Origin: Naegleria gruberi
Taxonomy: Eukaryota
Length of the DNA stretch: 64,000 nt
Direction: 5' to 3' (one strand)
Assembly: GCA_000004985.1 (NCBI GenBank)
Contig: GG738849.1
Both the position numbers and the translations under genes were made by a program. Below the pieces are notes generated by a model. That model worked only from the letters and a program-made list of their open reading frames with translations. It was not told the origin of the DNA and searched no databases. Numbering within the stretch: the first letter of the stretch is position 1; every line of letters begins with the position of its first letter. Shown piece after piece: positions 12,372 through 22,805 of the stretch.

Positions 12372-13214
12372 TTAAACGTATCCGATAACTGATTTACCAC
12401 GGTATGTCTTAGCCTTGTCGTTAATTGGTAAGTATACTCTTACAAGTACTGGTGATTGACCATCCTTCAAATCAACATAAACACAGTAATATCCTGGTTT
12501 TCTGATTGGATGATAGGAACCTTCACTATTCTTTTGTTCACCTGGGAAGCTGATATCTTCTTCCTTGATGGCGATATGATAAACACACCAAACATAATTG
12601 GCAACATCACGTTTTGTGATTGCCCAATAGTAAGACATGTCTGCTCCTTCAGTCTTTCTCCACATCTTGACTACGCAACGTTGTAAAATATATCTCTTAT
12701 TGAAGGCGTCTCTCTTTGCTGCTAATTCCTCTGGGTTTGATAATAAATCCTTGTAAAGTTCTCTGTTTTCTGGTGTATTCAAGACAGCTTTTGGCGGATT
12801 ACTTGCCAAAAATCTCCAGGCCTTGGCTGCTTGCATTTTCACTACTTCACCAGCAAATGAGAGTTTGTTGTCTCTAATGATAAGAAGTTCACGAATAGCT
12901 GGTTTGAGGCCACTCTTTGTTGTATCTTTAATTTCTTTAGCTGGATTCTTCCACTTTTCCTCTGGTCCTTCAAGGAAGGTTTCAAAAGTTTCCTTGCCGG
13001 ATGGAAGCTTTCTTCTGACTTTTTGCTTTTTTCTTTCTCTTATTTGTTGTTGTGTCAGAGAAGAACATAAAATTTGAATTTGTGAAGTGTGAGTAGATGG
13101 AATTAATGATGATGGAACTGATGATAAGACCGATGAAGTCATTGAAGTATTAGCGCAAAACCTCTTCATCATGAGGGATGAGGCAACATTCAACGATAAA
13201 CCCTTTCTCAACAT
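12372..13214 (-). CDS. hypothetical protein of 280 aa; the S/R/L-rich N-terminus looks like a mitochondrial presequence, followed by a conserved-looking globular C-terminal domain
   Basis: Single long ORF with good coding composition. I do not recognise the family; weak guesses of a mitochondrial ribosomal or assembly protein are not supportable. Confidence 0.45.
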   Translation of the reverse strand: MLRKGLSLNVASSLMMKRFCANTSMTSSVLSSVPSSLIPSTHTSQIQILCSSLTQQQIRERKKQKVRRKLPSGKETFETFLEGPEEKWKNPAKEIKDTTKSGLKPAIRELLIIRDNKLSFAGEVVKMQAAKAWRFLASNPPKAVLNTPENRELYKDLLSNPEELAAKRDAFNKRYILQRCVVKMWRKTEGADMSYYWAITKRDVANYVWCVYHIAIKEEDISFPGEQKNSEGSYHPIRKPGYYCVYVDLKDGQSPVLVRVYLPINDKAKTYRGKSVIGYV

Positions 13215-13532
13215 TTTTTTTCTGCAATAATATTTTTAATAATTATTTTTTTTAAATTTAAAAAACTTGAATAAATTGCTTGGTAGATTTTGCTCAATTG
13301 AGAGAAAGCAACAAATTACAAGACTTTTGAAACTTTTTGTTATCAAGTTTACATACGATGAGTATTAAGAAATTGAGAATTTGTAAATTTGTAAAAAATG
13401 AATCAAACAAGTGCTTTAAATTCATCCAACAAGGCTTTGAAAAATCCTTAATAATTTCCTAGCCTAACTAGAGAACGAACTCATCGAAACATAATATGAT
13501 TACTTCCTTATAATACAATCATGAATATAGAT

Positions 13533-14461
13533 TTAATTACGAACAATGTGGAAATTCTTGTCAGTTGGTTCTTCGGAATTTCTTGGTTGGAGAGTATTTT
13601 CAGTAGTACTGTGGGAGGTGGCAACATCTTCATCATCTTCTTCTTCGAGAGTTTGATGTTTTGGTGCAGTAGTTGGTGCCTTATTATCAGTGGAAGATCC
13701 GGAGAAACCAATGAAGAGGAAAACAAAGAACAAGACAATTCCTGTAATGATGAAAACTCCCAAAGTTGACAAATTGAAAATCAACATTGAATTGTATGGA
13801 GTGAATGGTTTGAGTTCAACAGGCTGTTATTCAAAACAATTCCGAAATTTAAATTCCACACACATGTTATTATCAAATTAATTTCATAATTACGATTAAT
13901 CAATTTTCAAAGATTCGTGTCACACCCAAAAATCTGTTGTGAATATCAAAAAACTTACACACAATGCAGAGTAGAATGAGTAAACATTCTTGATGAGGAA
14001 TGAAGCAGATACAAAACCGATCAAAATTCTCAAAACAACCAAGCATTGAGAAACCAATCCTGGATGGTATCCTTCACGTAATTTAATTTCCAATAAGAGG
14101 CACAATGGAGAGATGGTAGACAATACAAAGCAACACAATTCACAGATACCAAAGACAAGTGTGAAAGTTTGAAGACTACATTCTGATCAGTATGGAAGTA
14201 TAGAATCTCTTACTTACCTTTGGAGTGGACATTGCTATAGTAATAAGCAATAGATTAAATACATTAATTAGAAGATTACCATACCAATTCGAGATCTCTA
14301 TTATAATCAGGTAATGTGTAAATTACAATTGCAAAGACACCACCAGCAAGAGAAAGAAGAGCAAGAACAAGTTGTGTGACAACAGCAATGCCGACGAGGG
14401 ACTTCTTCTTCTTGTGTTTCTCATCAGATGGATGATTTTCTGTTGGATAGTGTGTTGGCAT
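13533..14461 (-). CDS. small four-transmembrane protein of about 233 aa (tetraspan / MS4A-like topology) assembled from 4 exons including a candidate 17-nt micro-exon
   Basis: Minus ORFs 14276..14461, 13920..14138 and 13533..13787 connect in frame through introns at about 14235..14284 (50 nt, GTATGG donor), a 17-nt exon at 14218..14234, 14176..14217 (42 nt, GTAAGT) and 13824..13958 (135 nt, GTAAGT). All phases close exactly. Four hydrophobic segments of 20-25 aa are predicted. The micro-exon is inference. Confidence 0.45.
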
Positions 14462-14649
14462 TTTTTAATGTTTTGTTGATTACTGACACTGATTATAATC
14501 TCATAAAAACATCTTCACCACTTGAGAGATATTACACAAACTTCGTAACGATTCCAAACCAAAATAATAATCATTACCATCCTTTTCCAATATAAAACTC
14601 TTCGTTGTGAACAGTTATTAGTAATTGATTACTGTACAGAAATATAAAT

Positions 14650-15828
14650 TTATTGTTGATTAGTGAATGGTAAGAGCTTTTCTTTCAATAGACGATCAAA
14701 TCCCTTTTCCTTATATTCAGCAAGTGTAACATGAATTGCATTTTCACTTTTTTCTGAATCCTTAATTCTCTTACAGGCACCAAAGAAATTTGAATCCTTT
14801 CCAAGTTTGTTATATTCCACACTAATATTTGGTAAATGCTTTTCAAGTTCCAATTGTAATCTTTCCTTGAAATTGGTCAAGAGTGAAGCACCTCCACTCA
14901 GATACAAGGTTGGTTTGGAAGCTCTATCTTTCATTTCCTTTTCAATGAATTGTACAATGGATTCCACAAGATTTCCACTACTGAATAATACCTCAGCAGC
15001 TTGAGTATAAATTTCCGAATTTGGAGTGGCACTTTCATCAGATCGATTGATTTGGAAGAAGACACTTGGCAAATTGTTCCTTCAATTCAGTTAATTTGAG
15101 CATTGGCTCATCACTTTGAAGATGTTCTCTAATATACTTTGAAACATCCATTCCTCCAATTGGAATAGTATTTACAATGGATCCACCACTACTGAGTGAT
15201 GAAATTTGAGTCAAACCATGACCATGTTCAAGAATGAAACTACTCTCCAATTGATCCTGATTCAATTTATCTTTCATGATGTAGGCAACATTTTCCATTG
15301 AGGAGAGGAATGAAACTCTCTTAATTTGATGTCTATCAAATACTTGAGTACACAACATTTTCAAAGAGTCAATAGTTTGTACTTGTGGACTCATTACAAT
15401 ATTCAAACTCTTTTCCTTGAGAGTTTGTGCAGAGAATGGATCTCCATTTAAATTATACAATGAACGGAAGGCATGATTTAAAAAGTGTTCAAACATGAGC
15501 AGGGTATCATTGGCCAATTTGACTTGTCCACGAGAAACCAATGGACACACAGTTCGTAATCTGAAATTTCCAGTCAATTCCTTCTCTTTTAATACCATTG
15601 TACCACAAGCAATTTTTGATACACCAGCAAAACCTTGTTTCTCATAGGAACCTGAATGGTGTTGAATGAATTATATATAATAGTAAACAAATATAGTCAA
15701 CAATTATAGTCAACTAGGTACTTACCTGATATTGAGTGAAATTCGTTAGGAATTTCATCAGCACAAATTCCGTACTTGGTTGTGAAACTGCCCAAGTCTA
15801 GGATAAATTCATCGATGAGAGATGTCAT
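14650..15828 (-). CDS. divergent actin-related protein (ARP family; subclass not assignable)
   Basis: Actin-fold blocks are present: N-terminal IDLGSFTTKYG (phosphate-1-like), SFILEHGHGLTQISSL...IPIGGMDVSKYI, and C-terminal LYLSGGASLLTNFKERLQLELEKHLP. Exons lie at about 15726..15828 and 15066..15651 (intron 15652..15725, 74 nt, GTAAGT) and 14650..15031. The last junction needs either a 34-nt intron (15032..15065, GTGTCT donor) or a 1-nt frameshift. Confidence 0.7.
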
Positions 15829-16026
15829 TCGGGTAGTGTTGAAGGATTTTTTTTTGATTTTGTCTTTTTAAAAAAGTAAATTTGAGTGGCAACATCAATC
15901 AACAGTCAAATTGACTAATTTAAATAACTTTTAACTATTTGATTTGTTGTAACTGGAATGAATTATCATTGTAATGGTTTATTTTTTAAATTTACAATGA
16001 AATGTCTTGTATACGAAACAATCTTG

Positions 16027-16779
16027 TTAACAAAATTGTTTAATTTTACCTAGAGCAGTTACTAACTGCACACTTTGATGAAGTGAACACGATTTACATT
16101 CTAAATTCAATATATAATTATTGTTTTGGTCTTGCTTTACAAGTATTCGAAAGTGTTCACAATGAATTTGCTTATTATTCTTTCTATTGTAACAAGAAGG
16201 ACAATCCAAACAACCACCCAATCCCAAAAATTCTCTGAGCTTTACATTTCTATTGGTAATATTCAATCTTCTATTCAATAATCCAATGTACAAATTGTGG
16301 AATGTGAGTGGAATATCTGGAATAGTTTCGGTTTCGTATTTGGATTCAGATGAACATTCTGAATGGGATGCAAATCCAAATATATTGAGTGGATCATTGG
16401 ATGAAAAAACCCTGTCAATTCTCTTTGACAATGTCATACTTCCATAGTTCAATAGTGGAAGGTGGTCTTGTTCCTCCTCTCCAGAGATTATTCCAGAAAA
16501 TGTGCGTTGTAAACTGGATTTTAAGAGAGGTATCGAATAGAGAATGCCACAAATCAATTTGTCAACTAGTGCTAGGGATTTATATTGAGTTTTTGTGTCG
16601 ATGAAACTCAAAATTACGACCCAAATTTCATTGAGATGAATTTTGGAAAATTCTGTTTCTTCTACTTTGGTATTTTCTGTTTCATTGCTTGTTTGGCGTT
16701 TCTTCTTGTGTTGCTTTCGGATTGGTTGTGGTGGTGTTTGAAGTGTTTCTTCTTCTAATAATAGGCGAAATGATGACAT
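16027..16779 (-). CDS. hypothetical protein of 250 aa; possible F-box-like N-terminal segment and Cys-rich C-terminus
   Basis: Single ORF. Has an N-terminal basic/TE-rich stretch, then IHLNEIWVVILSFIDTKTQYKSLALVDKLICGIL (F-box-like by eye only), and a C-terminal CxxC...CxxC pattern. No confident family. Confidence 0.45.
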   Translation of the reverse strand: MSSFRLLLEEETLQTPPQPIRKQHKKKRQTSNETENTKVEETEFSKIHLNEIWVVILSFIDTKTQYKSLALVDKLICGILYSIPLLKSSLQRTFSGIISGEEEQDHLPLLNYGSMTLSKRIDRVFSSNDPLNIFGFASHSECSSESKYETETIPDIPLTFHNLYIGLLNRRLNITNRNVKLREFLGLGGCLDCPSCYNRKNNKQIHCEHFRILVKQDQNNNYILNLECKSCSLHQSVQLVTALGKIKQFC

Positions 16780-16998
16780 TTTGTTTGTGTTGTTGTGGAA
16801 AATGGTAGAGTTTGAGAGAAAACTATTTATATAATAATTAAAAGAGGTGACATGAAATTCTGCTGGTTACAAGTTTTGAAGAAACAATACCAGTCTAATA
16901 ATATTGTTATTATGTGACAATGGAGTTTTTCTAGACAAGTAGGAGATCAAAATATTGATTAAAAGTAAAATCACATAATATTAACATTGGTTTTTAAA

Positions 16999-18009
16999 TT
17001 AATTTGAAATAGAGCTAATATAGAAGTGGTGCTCTTTCAGTTCGGGATGTTGTTGCAATTTTATTGCAAATGGCTTGCATATTTCAAGCAAAGTATTGAA
17101 CACCCAACGGGTGATCGATTGTCTAACTCTTACATCATCAACATGTAAAATCCCATTTGAGGCATGTTCAATTTTTGATTCGTCATCTCCATTAAATTTA
17201 ATGAATGAATCAATAATATTTTCAAAATCAGTACCTTCCAAATCAAGCATTTCATCTTTTAAAACAGATGCAATTCTAATACAATTTTGATGAGTTGAAA
17301 TATATCCCCAAAATGATTTTGAAATCAGAGATGACAGCCAACATTTTTCATCAATTGATTCTTTTTCTCCACAATATAGTTAGCACCAGAGGTTAATTTG
17401 AAAATTTGATTTCTTATTTCAGAACTAACTTTCTTATTACTTTCAATTTCATATTCATTAAAAAACAATTCAACTTCATGCTCATTGAAATAATCACCAA
17501 ATATTGGATTTGAAACATTGAATGGCGAATGGTCAATTGGTTGACCAAAGTATTCACCAACAAAATTTGTAATTGCTAAACAAGAATGAAGAAAATAATA
17601 AAGTTTTGTTTTGTTTCATTGAAGAAAGTGCAGCTAGAAATCTTGTTCTTTCTTCTGTGGGAATTTCTGCAATGGAATCAAATTCATCGAGAAGTAATAC
17701 TACTTTCTCATCTTTGAATTCTGGAATGCAAGAACTCTTTTCGAATAAGGATGTTAATTCATTCGATTCATATTGCGTTCCCAAGAATCGGTTGATATAA
17801 ATTAGAAATGCTGTATCAAAACTTGAAGATTGTATTGACAAGTATGTGCTCACCAGTCCTCTCATATCAATAGATACAGGATAATAGCCTCTTTCTTTCA
17901 AAGAAGGCATCAATGAATTAGAAACTATTGATGTTTTACCAGATTGACTAGGAGCAATTAAAATAGAAAATTCTCCCTGTTCTAATCTTGTTTGAATTGT
18001 TTTTTTCAT
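16999..18009 (-). CDS. P-loop NTPase (AAA-like ATPase domain) protein
   Basis: Walker A motif ILIAPSQSGKTS and Walker B VVLLLDEFD are present. Two minus ORFs (17554..18009 and 16999..17250) and an intervening open frame of about 75 codons (NFVGEYFGQPIDHSPF...) lie in three different frames. I could not place canonical GT..AG introns at the 17540-17560 junction, so the exact model is unresolved. Confidence 0.5.
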
Positions 18010-18554
18010 ATTTTCTTGTTCAATATAAATATAATAATTAACTTCAACACGGCCATTAACACATAATCCTTTCTTCCTTAATGATTTTTTGAAGGTTGTG
18101 ATGATTTAACCTCGTCGCATTTATGTTTTTCTGCACTCGTCTTTCTTTCTAGTGTTGCAGTTGGTTTTTTATTGTTTGCTGTAACAATCTTGTTGGTTTG
18201 TGGATCCATTCTTACCTTAATTTACCTTACGGTTCTATTATCTTAGTATTGGTGTATTTTTTCTTGTTGGGAATTTGTAAAATTAAGAGCTAATAAAATA
18301 TTTGCTGTGTTGAAAAAATACTTATCGGTTTCATAATCTGTCTTCACCATTGGATAGCTGGTTTTGTGGCGATCATAATGATGGTTTTGTATTGAAATAT
18401 GCTTAATATCTTCCAAACAACTTCTTCAGAAAAGTATTCTCAAGTAATCTAACAAAAAATGAATAACAGAAATGTGAGGAGAAATCAATCATCACAAAGA
18501 AGAGTAAATCAGAGAGAAAAACCTCTCGGAAAAACCACTAAACACATTCTAGAA

Positions 18555-19116
18555 ATGACAAATAATAGGTAAATAAAGGATTTACTATATATTGGATAAT
18601 TATAATTTAAAGTGATGAGGGTGGAAGAGAAGTTTTGAATTCAGTGTTTGCACTTTTAAAACATCGGAAACAATGGATGGATAGAAAATTTAGAACAGAT
18701 CCCACTAATCAATTAATGTCCTTGATTGCCAAATTAAACGACGAAGATGTATGTAAACCTATTGAAAATATTTAATATTGAAAAATTGGAAAATTTACAA
18801 ACATCAGATGAAACTGGACGGTCCAAATGAATCATTCTATGCATTTCTCTTTGAACAAGTGTGTTTACAAAATTTGGATAAATTGGAATTTTCTGTTGGA
18901 ACAAATGAGAATAGGAGCATGTTCATGCCAAACTTTTTGGATTCTGATATATTTGGTTTTAAAACAATTACTGTTAAAATTCCAAAAACTGCAACAGCAA
19001 TTCTGAAATGGTTGGGTTTTGGTGTAGTTTTATCAATTATTTATTCATTGCTATTGTATTGGAGGGTGAGTGTGAGGAGACGAAATTATCAATCATATAG
19101 AATGATATCCAAGTAA
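18555..19116 (+). CDS. small tail-anchored membrane protein of about 150 aa; 3 exons
   Basis: ATG at 18555. Introns at about 18569..18612 (44 nt, GTAAAT donor) and 18749..18807 (59 nt, GTATGT) join in frame to ORF 18778..19116, which ends in a single C-terminal TM segment (WLGFGVVLSIIYSLLLYW). A GTGAGT at about 19066 could alternatively terminate the last exon early. Identity unknown. Confidence 0.4.
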
Positions 19117-19129
19117 TTATGACCTTAGA

Positions 19130-20515
19130 TTAGTCTTGTAACTTTTCCACGACTGAGAAAATATTATCGAGGACATATTTATGCAGTGTGTCAAGAGTTT
19201 CGTCCAATCTTCTGTGATTAATCTCTACCTTATGAATGTATGGAACATTTTTCGTCACATTTTCATAATATTCTTGCATTACTTGGAAATTATGAGAAAG
19301 GGTTTGCAATTTCTCATCAAAATTTGTACCCAATGTATGAGTACGACTATCATAAATATCATGTTCTCTCTTTGAAAGCCATTGTTCAAAAAACAGTTCG
19401 TGTTCATCCTTATTGGAAATGGAAATGAAAAATGGAATAATAATTCCCTCTGCCTTGTTTTCCTCTGTTGAAGTCTTGGTAATGTACTTGTCGAATAAAT
19501 CCTTATAAATTTCAGGATCTATGTGACTACCTTCAATAATTAGAGCTTTACCATCACCAAAACATTTCTCAATATCTCCTTGGAGGGCCTTCTTCATAAA
19601 TATACATTGCTCTCTATATTGTTTTAGAAATGTTTCACTATCCTCATATTTTGAAAACCAGACAGGAACTTGCTTTTCATAGCCACTATTATTCTTAGTT
19701 GTGTGAAGATTGAAAGAATTAATCAAATCTAAAACTACATCTGTTTGTACAACATTAGGTGAGTTTAGTCTCTCACCTAATTGAGTGGCTAAAGTTGATT
19801 TACCAACACAACCAGTTCCAAAAACCAAAATTAACAAGGGAATACGTTTGTGGTGAAATTTAGACATTAATTTGTATCTTGTAATTGTTTGATCTCCATA
19901 TCCATAATTTCTCATAATATTAAACAAGTGTTTTTCCAATTCTTCTTGAGAAATATTCAATAAATTTAAATCTACAAGTGTCTTTTTAAGTTCCAATGCA
20001 ATTTTAATAGAATCCTTATACTTGACTTGAATAACCGTTAATATTCTGCTGACAATAAAACGAGAGAGAATGTAATAGTGATTTTCCAATCCAACTCTAA
20101 CTTTAACAAAGTCATATTTTGATGAGGCTCTCTTCACATACGATGTATTTCCCTCTTCATCAGTATTTGATGAGGAATTATTCAAGTGATGAATAGCATC
20201 CGAGGCTGCTGAAACCGTTAAATGTTGATGATCCGATGTAGATGATGTGGTGGTGTTGGTGGTTGGAGATTTTTGCCTTGTTTTATGAGGAGTATCAGAT
20301 GAAGATATATTGGCTGCGTGATCAACACCATGAGCCTCATGAGATTCAATGTGTCCTAATAACATTTTTTCAAAGTTTGTAAAAGTTCTAATGTTCAATT
20401 TTGGATTTTTCACTGGATATGAAACTAACAGTATTGGGTTGAAAAGATAAAGATTTGTATTATTTGATAAATTATTAGCAATTAAATTATAATTAATATT
20501 ATTACTAGCATTCAA
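19130..20515 (-). CDS. P-loop NTPase/kinase-like protein (2-phosphoglycerate-kinase/AAA_33-like N-terminal fold) with a long C-terminal extension
   Basis: 461-codon ORF. Walker A motif LILVFGTGCVGKSTLATQLGERL sits after a low-complexity N-terminus. Family placement is by motif resemblance only. Confidence 0.55.
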   Translation of the reverse strand: MNASNNINYNLIANNLSNNTNLYLFNPILLVSYPVKNPKLNIRTFTNFEKMLLGHIESHEAHGVDHAANISSSDTPHKTRQKSPTTNTTTSSTSDHQHLTVSAASDAIHHLNNSSSNTDEEGNTSYVKRASSKYDFVKVRVGLENHYYILSRFIVSRILTVIQVKYKDSIKIALELKKTLVDLNLLNISQEELEKHLFNIMRNYGYGDQTITRYKLMSKFHHKRIPLLILVFGTGCVGKSTLATQLGERLNSPNVVQTDVVLDLINSFNLHTTKNNSGYEKQVPVWFSKYEDSETFLKQYREQCIFMKKALQGDIEKCFGDGKALIIEGSHIDPEIYKDLFDKYITKTSTEENKAEGIIIPFFISISNKDEHELFFEQWLSKREHDIYDSRTHTLGTNFDEKLQTLSHNFQVMQEYYENVTKNVPYIHKVEINHRRLDETLDTLHKYVLDNIFSVVEKLQD

Positions 20516-20574
20516 ATGATGATGTATTATTAATAATTAAAATTAAAATTAAAATTGATTAAGATTAAAAAAAA
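20516..20574. promoter_or_regulatory. 59-bp divergent intergenic spacer between the start codons of two head-to-head genes, containing a tandem (AATTAAA)x3 tract
   Basis: The minus-strand gene starts at 20515 and the plus-strand CDK5RAP3 ATG is at 20575. The intervening sequence is gatgatgtattattaataattaaaattaaaattaaaattgattaagattaaaaaaaa. Any shared promoter must be this short or lie within the coding regions. Confidence 0.3.
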
Positions 20575-22449
20575 ATGTTTAGTTTTGAAGAGGAAACAAC
20601 AACAACAACATCGGTACCAGTTGCAAATGCTACTATTGTTGATGATGATGATCAAAAACAAGAAGGAAATGAAGAAGAATTTACTATACAGGGTGATCAA
20701 CAAGTAAAACAACAACAACAACCAATTAAACAACAATATGTTCCGGTTGAGACTATTGATATTAATTATGAAAAGGTTAAAGATTGGCTTGTAAATAGAA
20801 ACTTTTTACCTTCCGATTATGTAAAACAATTAAAACAAATTAGAGGTTATATTAAACATGCTTTTAAAGAATTGAAGGATAAACATGAAGAAGTGAAAAG
20901 CAAGGAATCAGAAAAACCAGTTACAGAATTATTAGAGAAAATTAATCAACTTTCTCAAGAATCACAAGATGAATTGGCAGTGATTGATTACTTTATAACG
21001 AAGGAAATTGTTCAAGTTTTGGAGAAGGCTGATTCATCGGAAGGAAGTGGTTATTTGTTTGGTCTTGTTGGTGGATCTAAGAGACTTAAATTGTGGAAAC
21101 ATGTTTTACAAAGTTATGAAGCAAACAATCTCCATTTGGCCGAGATTTCAGGATATATTATCCAGAATGTAAAATATGAAATTCCTTCCATGTCAAGCTC
21201 ACTTTTATCATTAAGAAATCAATTGGAAAGTATTGACAGAAAGGAAGACGATTGGAAGAGATCCCTTGAAATAGCCAAGAGAGAATTTACCGAGTCTTGT
21301 GAAAAACTTTCTATTAATAGGGAAAAAATTGAAAGCATGATTCAATTTGCTTCGAGTGGTTCTAGTGTTGGTGTTGATATTGAGGATGAAATTAAGAGTG
21401 CTGTATCAGATCTTCCACAATTTTATGAAAATATTGTAGTGTCATGTAAGGATGCCAAGTTCAAGAAGGCAGTTGATTATTATGAAGATTTTACATCATT
21501 TTTCAATAAGAACAAGGTTAGGGAAGATTTAACTTGTCTCAAGTTTGTCCTTTCCAATTTGGAAAAGTCGACACTTTCCATGTATGATTGGAAATTGTTC
21601 AACAATCAATCATTACCTTCTGTGGATGAAGAAAAAGTACAATCCTACATTCAAAAATTAAAAGATGAAGAAAGCAAGAAGGCCAACAAATCAAATGAAC
21701 CACAAATTGACTTTGGTGATTTTGAATTTTCAACTGAGGGCAATGTAGAAATTAATTGGGATACTGGTGTGGAAGAGAATAAGGAAATTGAAATCAAATT
21801 TGATGATGTTGCTCAAGAGAAAGAACTCGAGATTGATTTTGGAGATTTTAGTACTGATGATGTGGGTGGTTTTTCAATGGATTCTGTCGATATTTCCAGC
21901 AATACCAATGACGAAGACAGTATCAAATTGGTTGCAGAGTTGAGAATGAAATCCTTCCTTGATGATGAAGATGTCAGAGCTCTCTTCTCCAACAATCTCT
22001 TCCAATTATATGCCTTTGTACAACAACGAGTTATTGAGGTAACAAAGAATTCATCACTCGATAGTGAAATTTTCAGTTCTGCTCCAAACTCTATCAAATC
22101 CATCACCAAAGAAGAAATTCAAAACCTTATGCATGCAACTGGTAATGTAGTCACTACTCTCAATAACCATCGTTTCAAACAACTCATTCTCATCAAGACC
22201 TCGAAGAAGTTTGTGGAACGTCTCGTTCAATCCCTCACACAAAAGCTTGAAATTATGAGCAAGACAAAGACCAACTTGGAAGGTGTAGACTCCCAACGTT
22301 CCTCTCTCAATAATTCCATCAAGAACCAACAACCAACTGTTCTGAAAATCAAAAAGCAAACCAAAGACTATCAAGACTTTATTCAAAAGAATCTTTCTGA
22401 AAAGCTTGGAAAGAGAGTTGTTATTTTCGGTGAAATAAACAAGATTTAA
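20575..22449 (+). CDS. CDK5RAP3: CDK5 regulatory subunit-associated protein 3 homolog (CDK5RAP3/C53/LZAP, UFMylation pathway)
   Basis: Single 624-codon ORF. Blocks match CDK5RAP3: IDINYEKVKDWLVNRNF, LHLAEISGYIIQNVKYEIPSMSSSLLSLRNQLESI (compare human LVRNVNYEIPSLKKQI), and IDFGDFEFSTEGNVEINWDTG (compare IDWGDFGVE...IDWGIF). Confidence 0.85.
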   Translation: MFSFEEETTTTTSVPVANATIVDDDDQKQEGNEEEFTIQGDQQVKQQQQPIKQQYVPVETIDINYEKVKDWLVNRNFLPSDYVKQLKQIRGYIKHAFKELKDKHEEVKSKESEKPVTELLEKINQLSQESQDELAVIDYFITKEIVQVLEKADSSEGSGYLFGLVGGSKRLKLWKHVLQSYEANNLHLAEISGYIIQNVKYEIPSMSSSLLSLRNQLESIDRKEDDWKRSLEIAKREFTESCEKLSINREKIESMIQFASSGSSVGVDIEDEIKSAVSDLPQFYENIVVSCKDAKFKKAVDYYEDFTSFFNKNKVREDLTCLKFVLSNLEKSTLSMYDWKLFNNQSLPSVDEEKVQSYIQKLKDEESKKANKSNEPQIDFGDFEFSTEGNVEINWDTGVEENKEIEIKFDDVAQEKELEIDFGDFSTDDVGGFSMDSVDISSNTNDEDSIKLVAELRMKSFLDDEDVRALFSNNLFQLYAFVQQRVIEVTKNSSLDSEIFSSAPNSIKSITKEEIQNLMHATGNVVTTLNNHRFKQLILIKTSKKFVERLVQSLTQKLEIMSKTKTNLEGVDSQRSSLNNSIKNQQPTVLKIKKQTKDYQDFIQKNLSEKLGKRVVIFGEINKI

Positions 22450-22584
22450 TTTATTAAAATATATGCAATAATTGATTAGCCATTCCTATTAAGAGAATGC
22501 AAACTGGAACTTTCAGCAACTTACAAATTTTTTTAAAAAGGAAAATGAAAGTGATATTATGAAAAAAGAATATTGGAGATGAGT

Positions 22585-22690
22585 GCCGGGAATTGAATGG
22601 CTACCGGGAATGAAATTTCCTAATTTAGGAACCCGGGTCGCCAGAGTGACAGTCTGGAATGCTACCACTATACCACACCCGATTACATTC
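22585..22690 (-). pseudogene. tRNA-Asp(GUC)-like element with disrupted T-arm and acceptor stem: an intact-looking 5' half followed by a 30-nt palindromic insertion and duplicated B-box-like segments
   Basis: The minus strand reads TCGGGTG-TG-GTATAGTGGTAGCAT-T-CCAGA-CTGTCAC-TCTGG-CGAC-CCGGG-TTC, giving an acceptor 5' arm, D-arm and an anticodon loop with GTC as in eukaryotic tRNA-Asp. The T-loop is then interrupted by CTAAATTAGGAAATTTCATT (an inverted repeat TTCCTAA/TTAGGAA). This is followed by TTCATTCCCGG, then TAGCCA, then TTCAATTCCCGG. The 3' acceptor strand (CACTCAT) does not pair with the 5' strand. Confidence 0.45.
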
Positions 22691-22805
22691 ATATAGAAAT
22701 GATTCCTTAATTCGCCTTAGTATAATGTGCAATAATTAAATCATTTCGATCTATTAGATGAAGAGAGGAATGATCAAGAATCAAACATAATAAAACTAGT
22801 TATTA

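Noticed and set aside
22585-22690. Calling the tRNA-Asp-like element a functional tRNA gene
   Set aside because: The acceptor stem cannot pair (5' TCGGGTG versus 3' CACTCAT) and the T-loop is interrupted by a palindrome of about 30 nt. It is reported as a pseudogene or unusual element instead.
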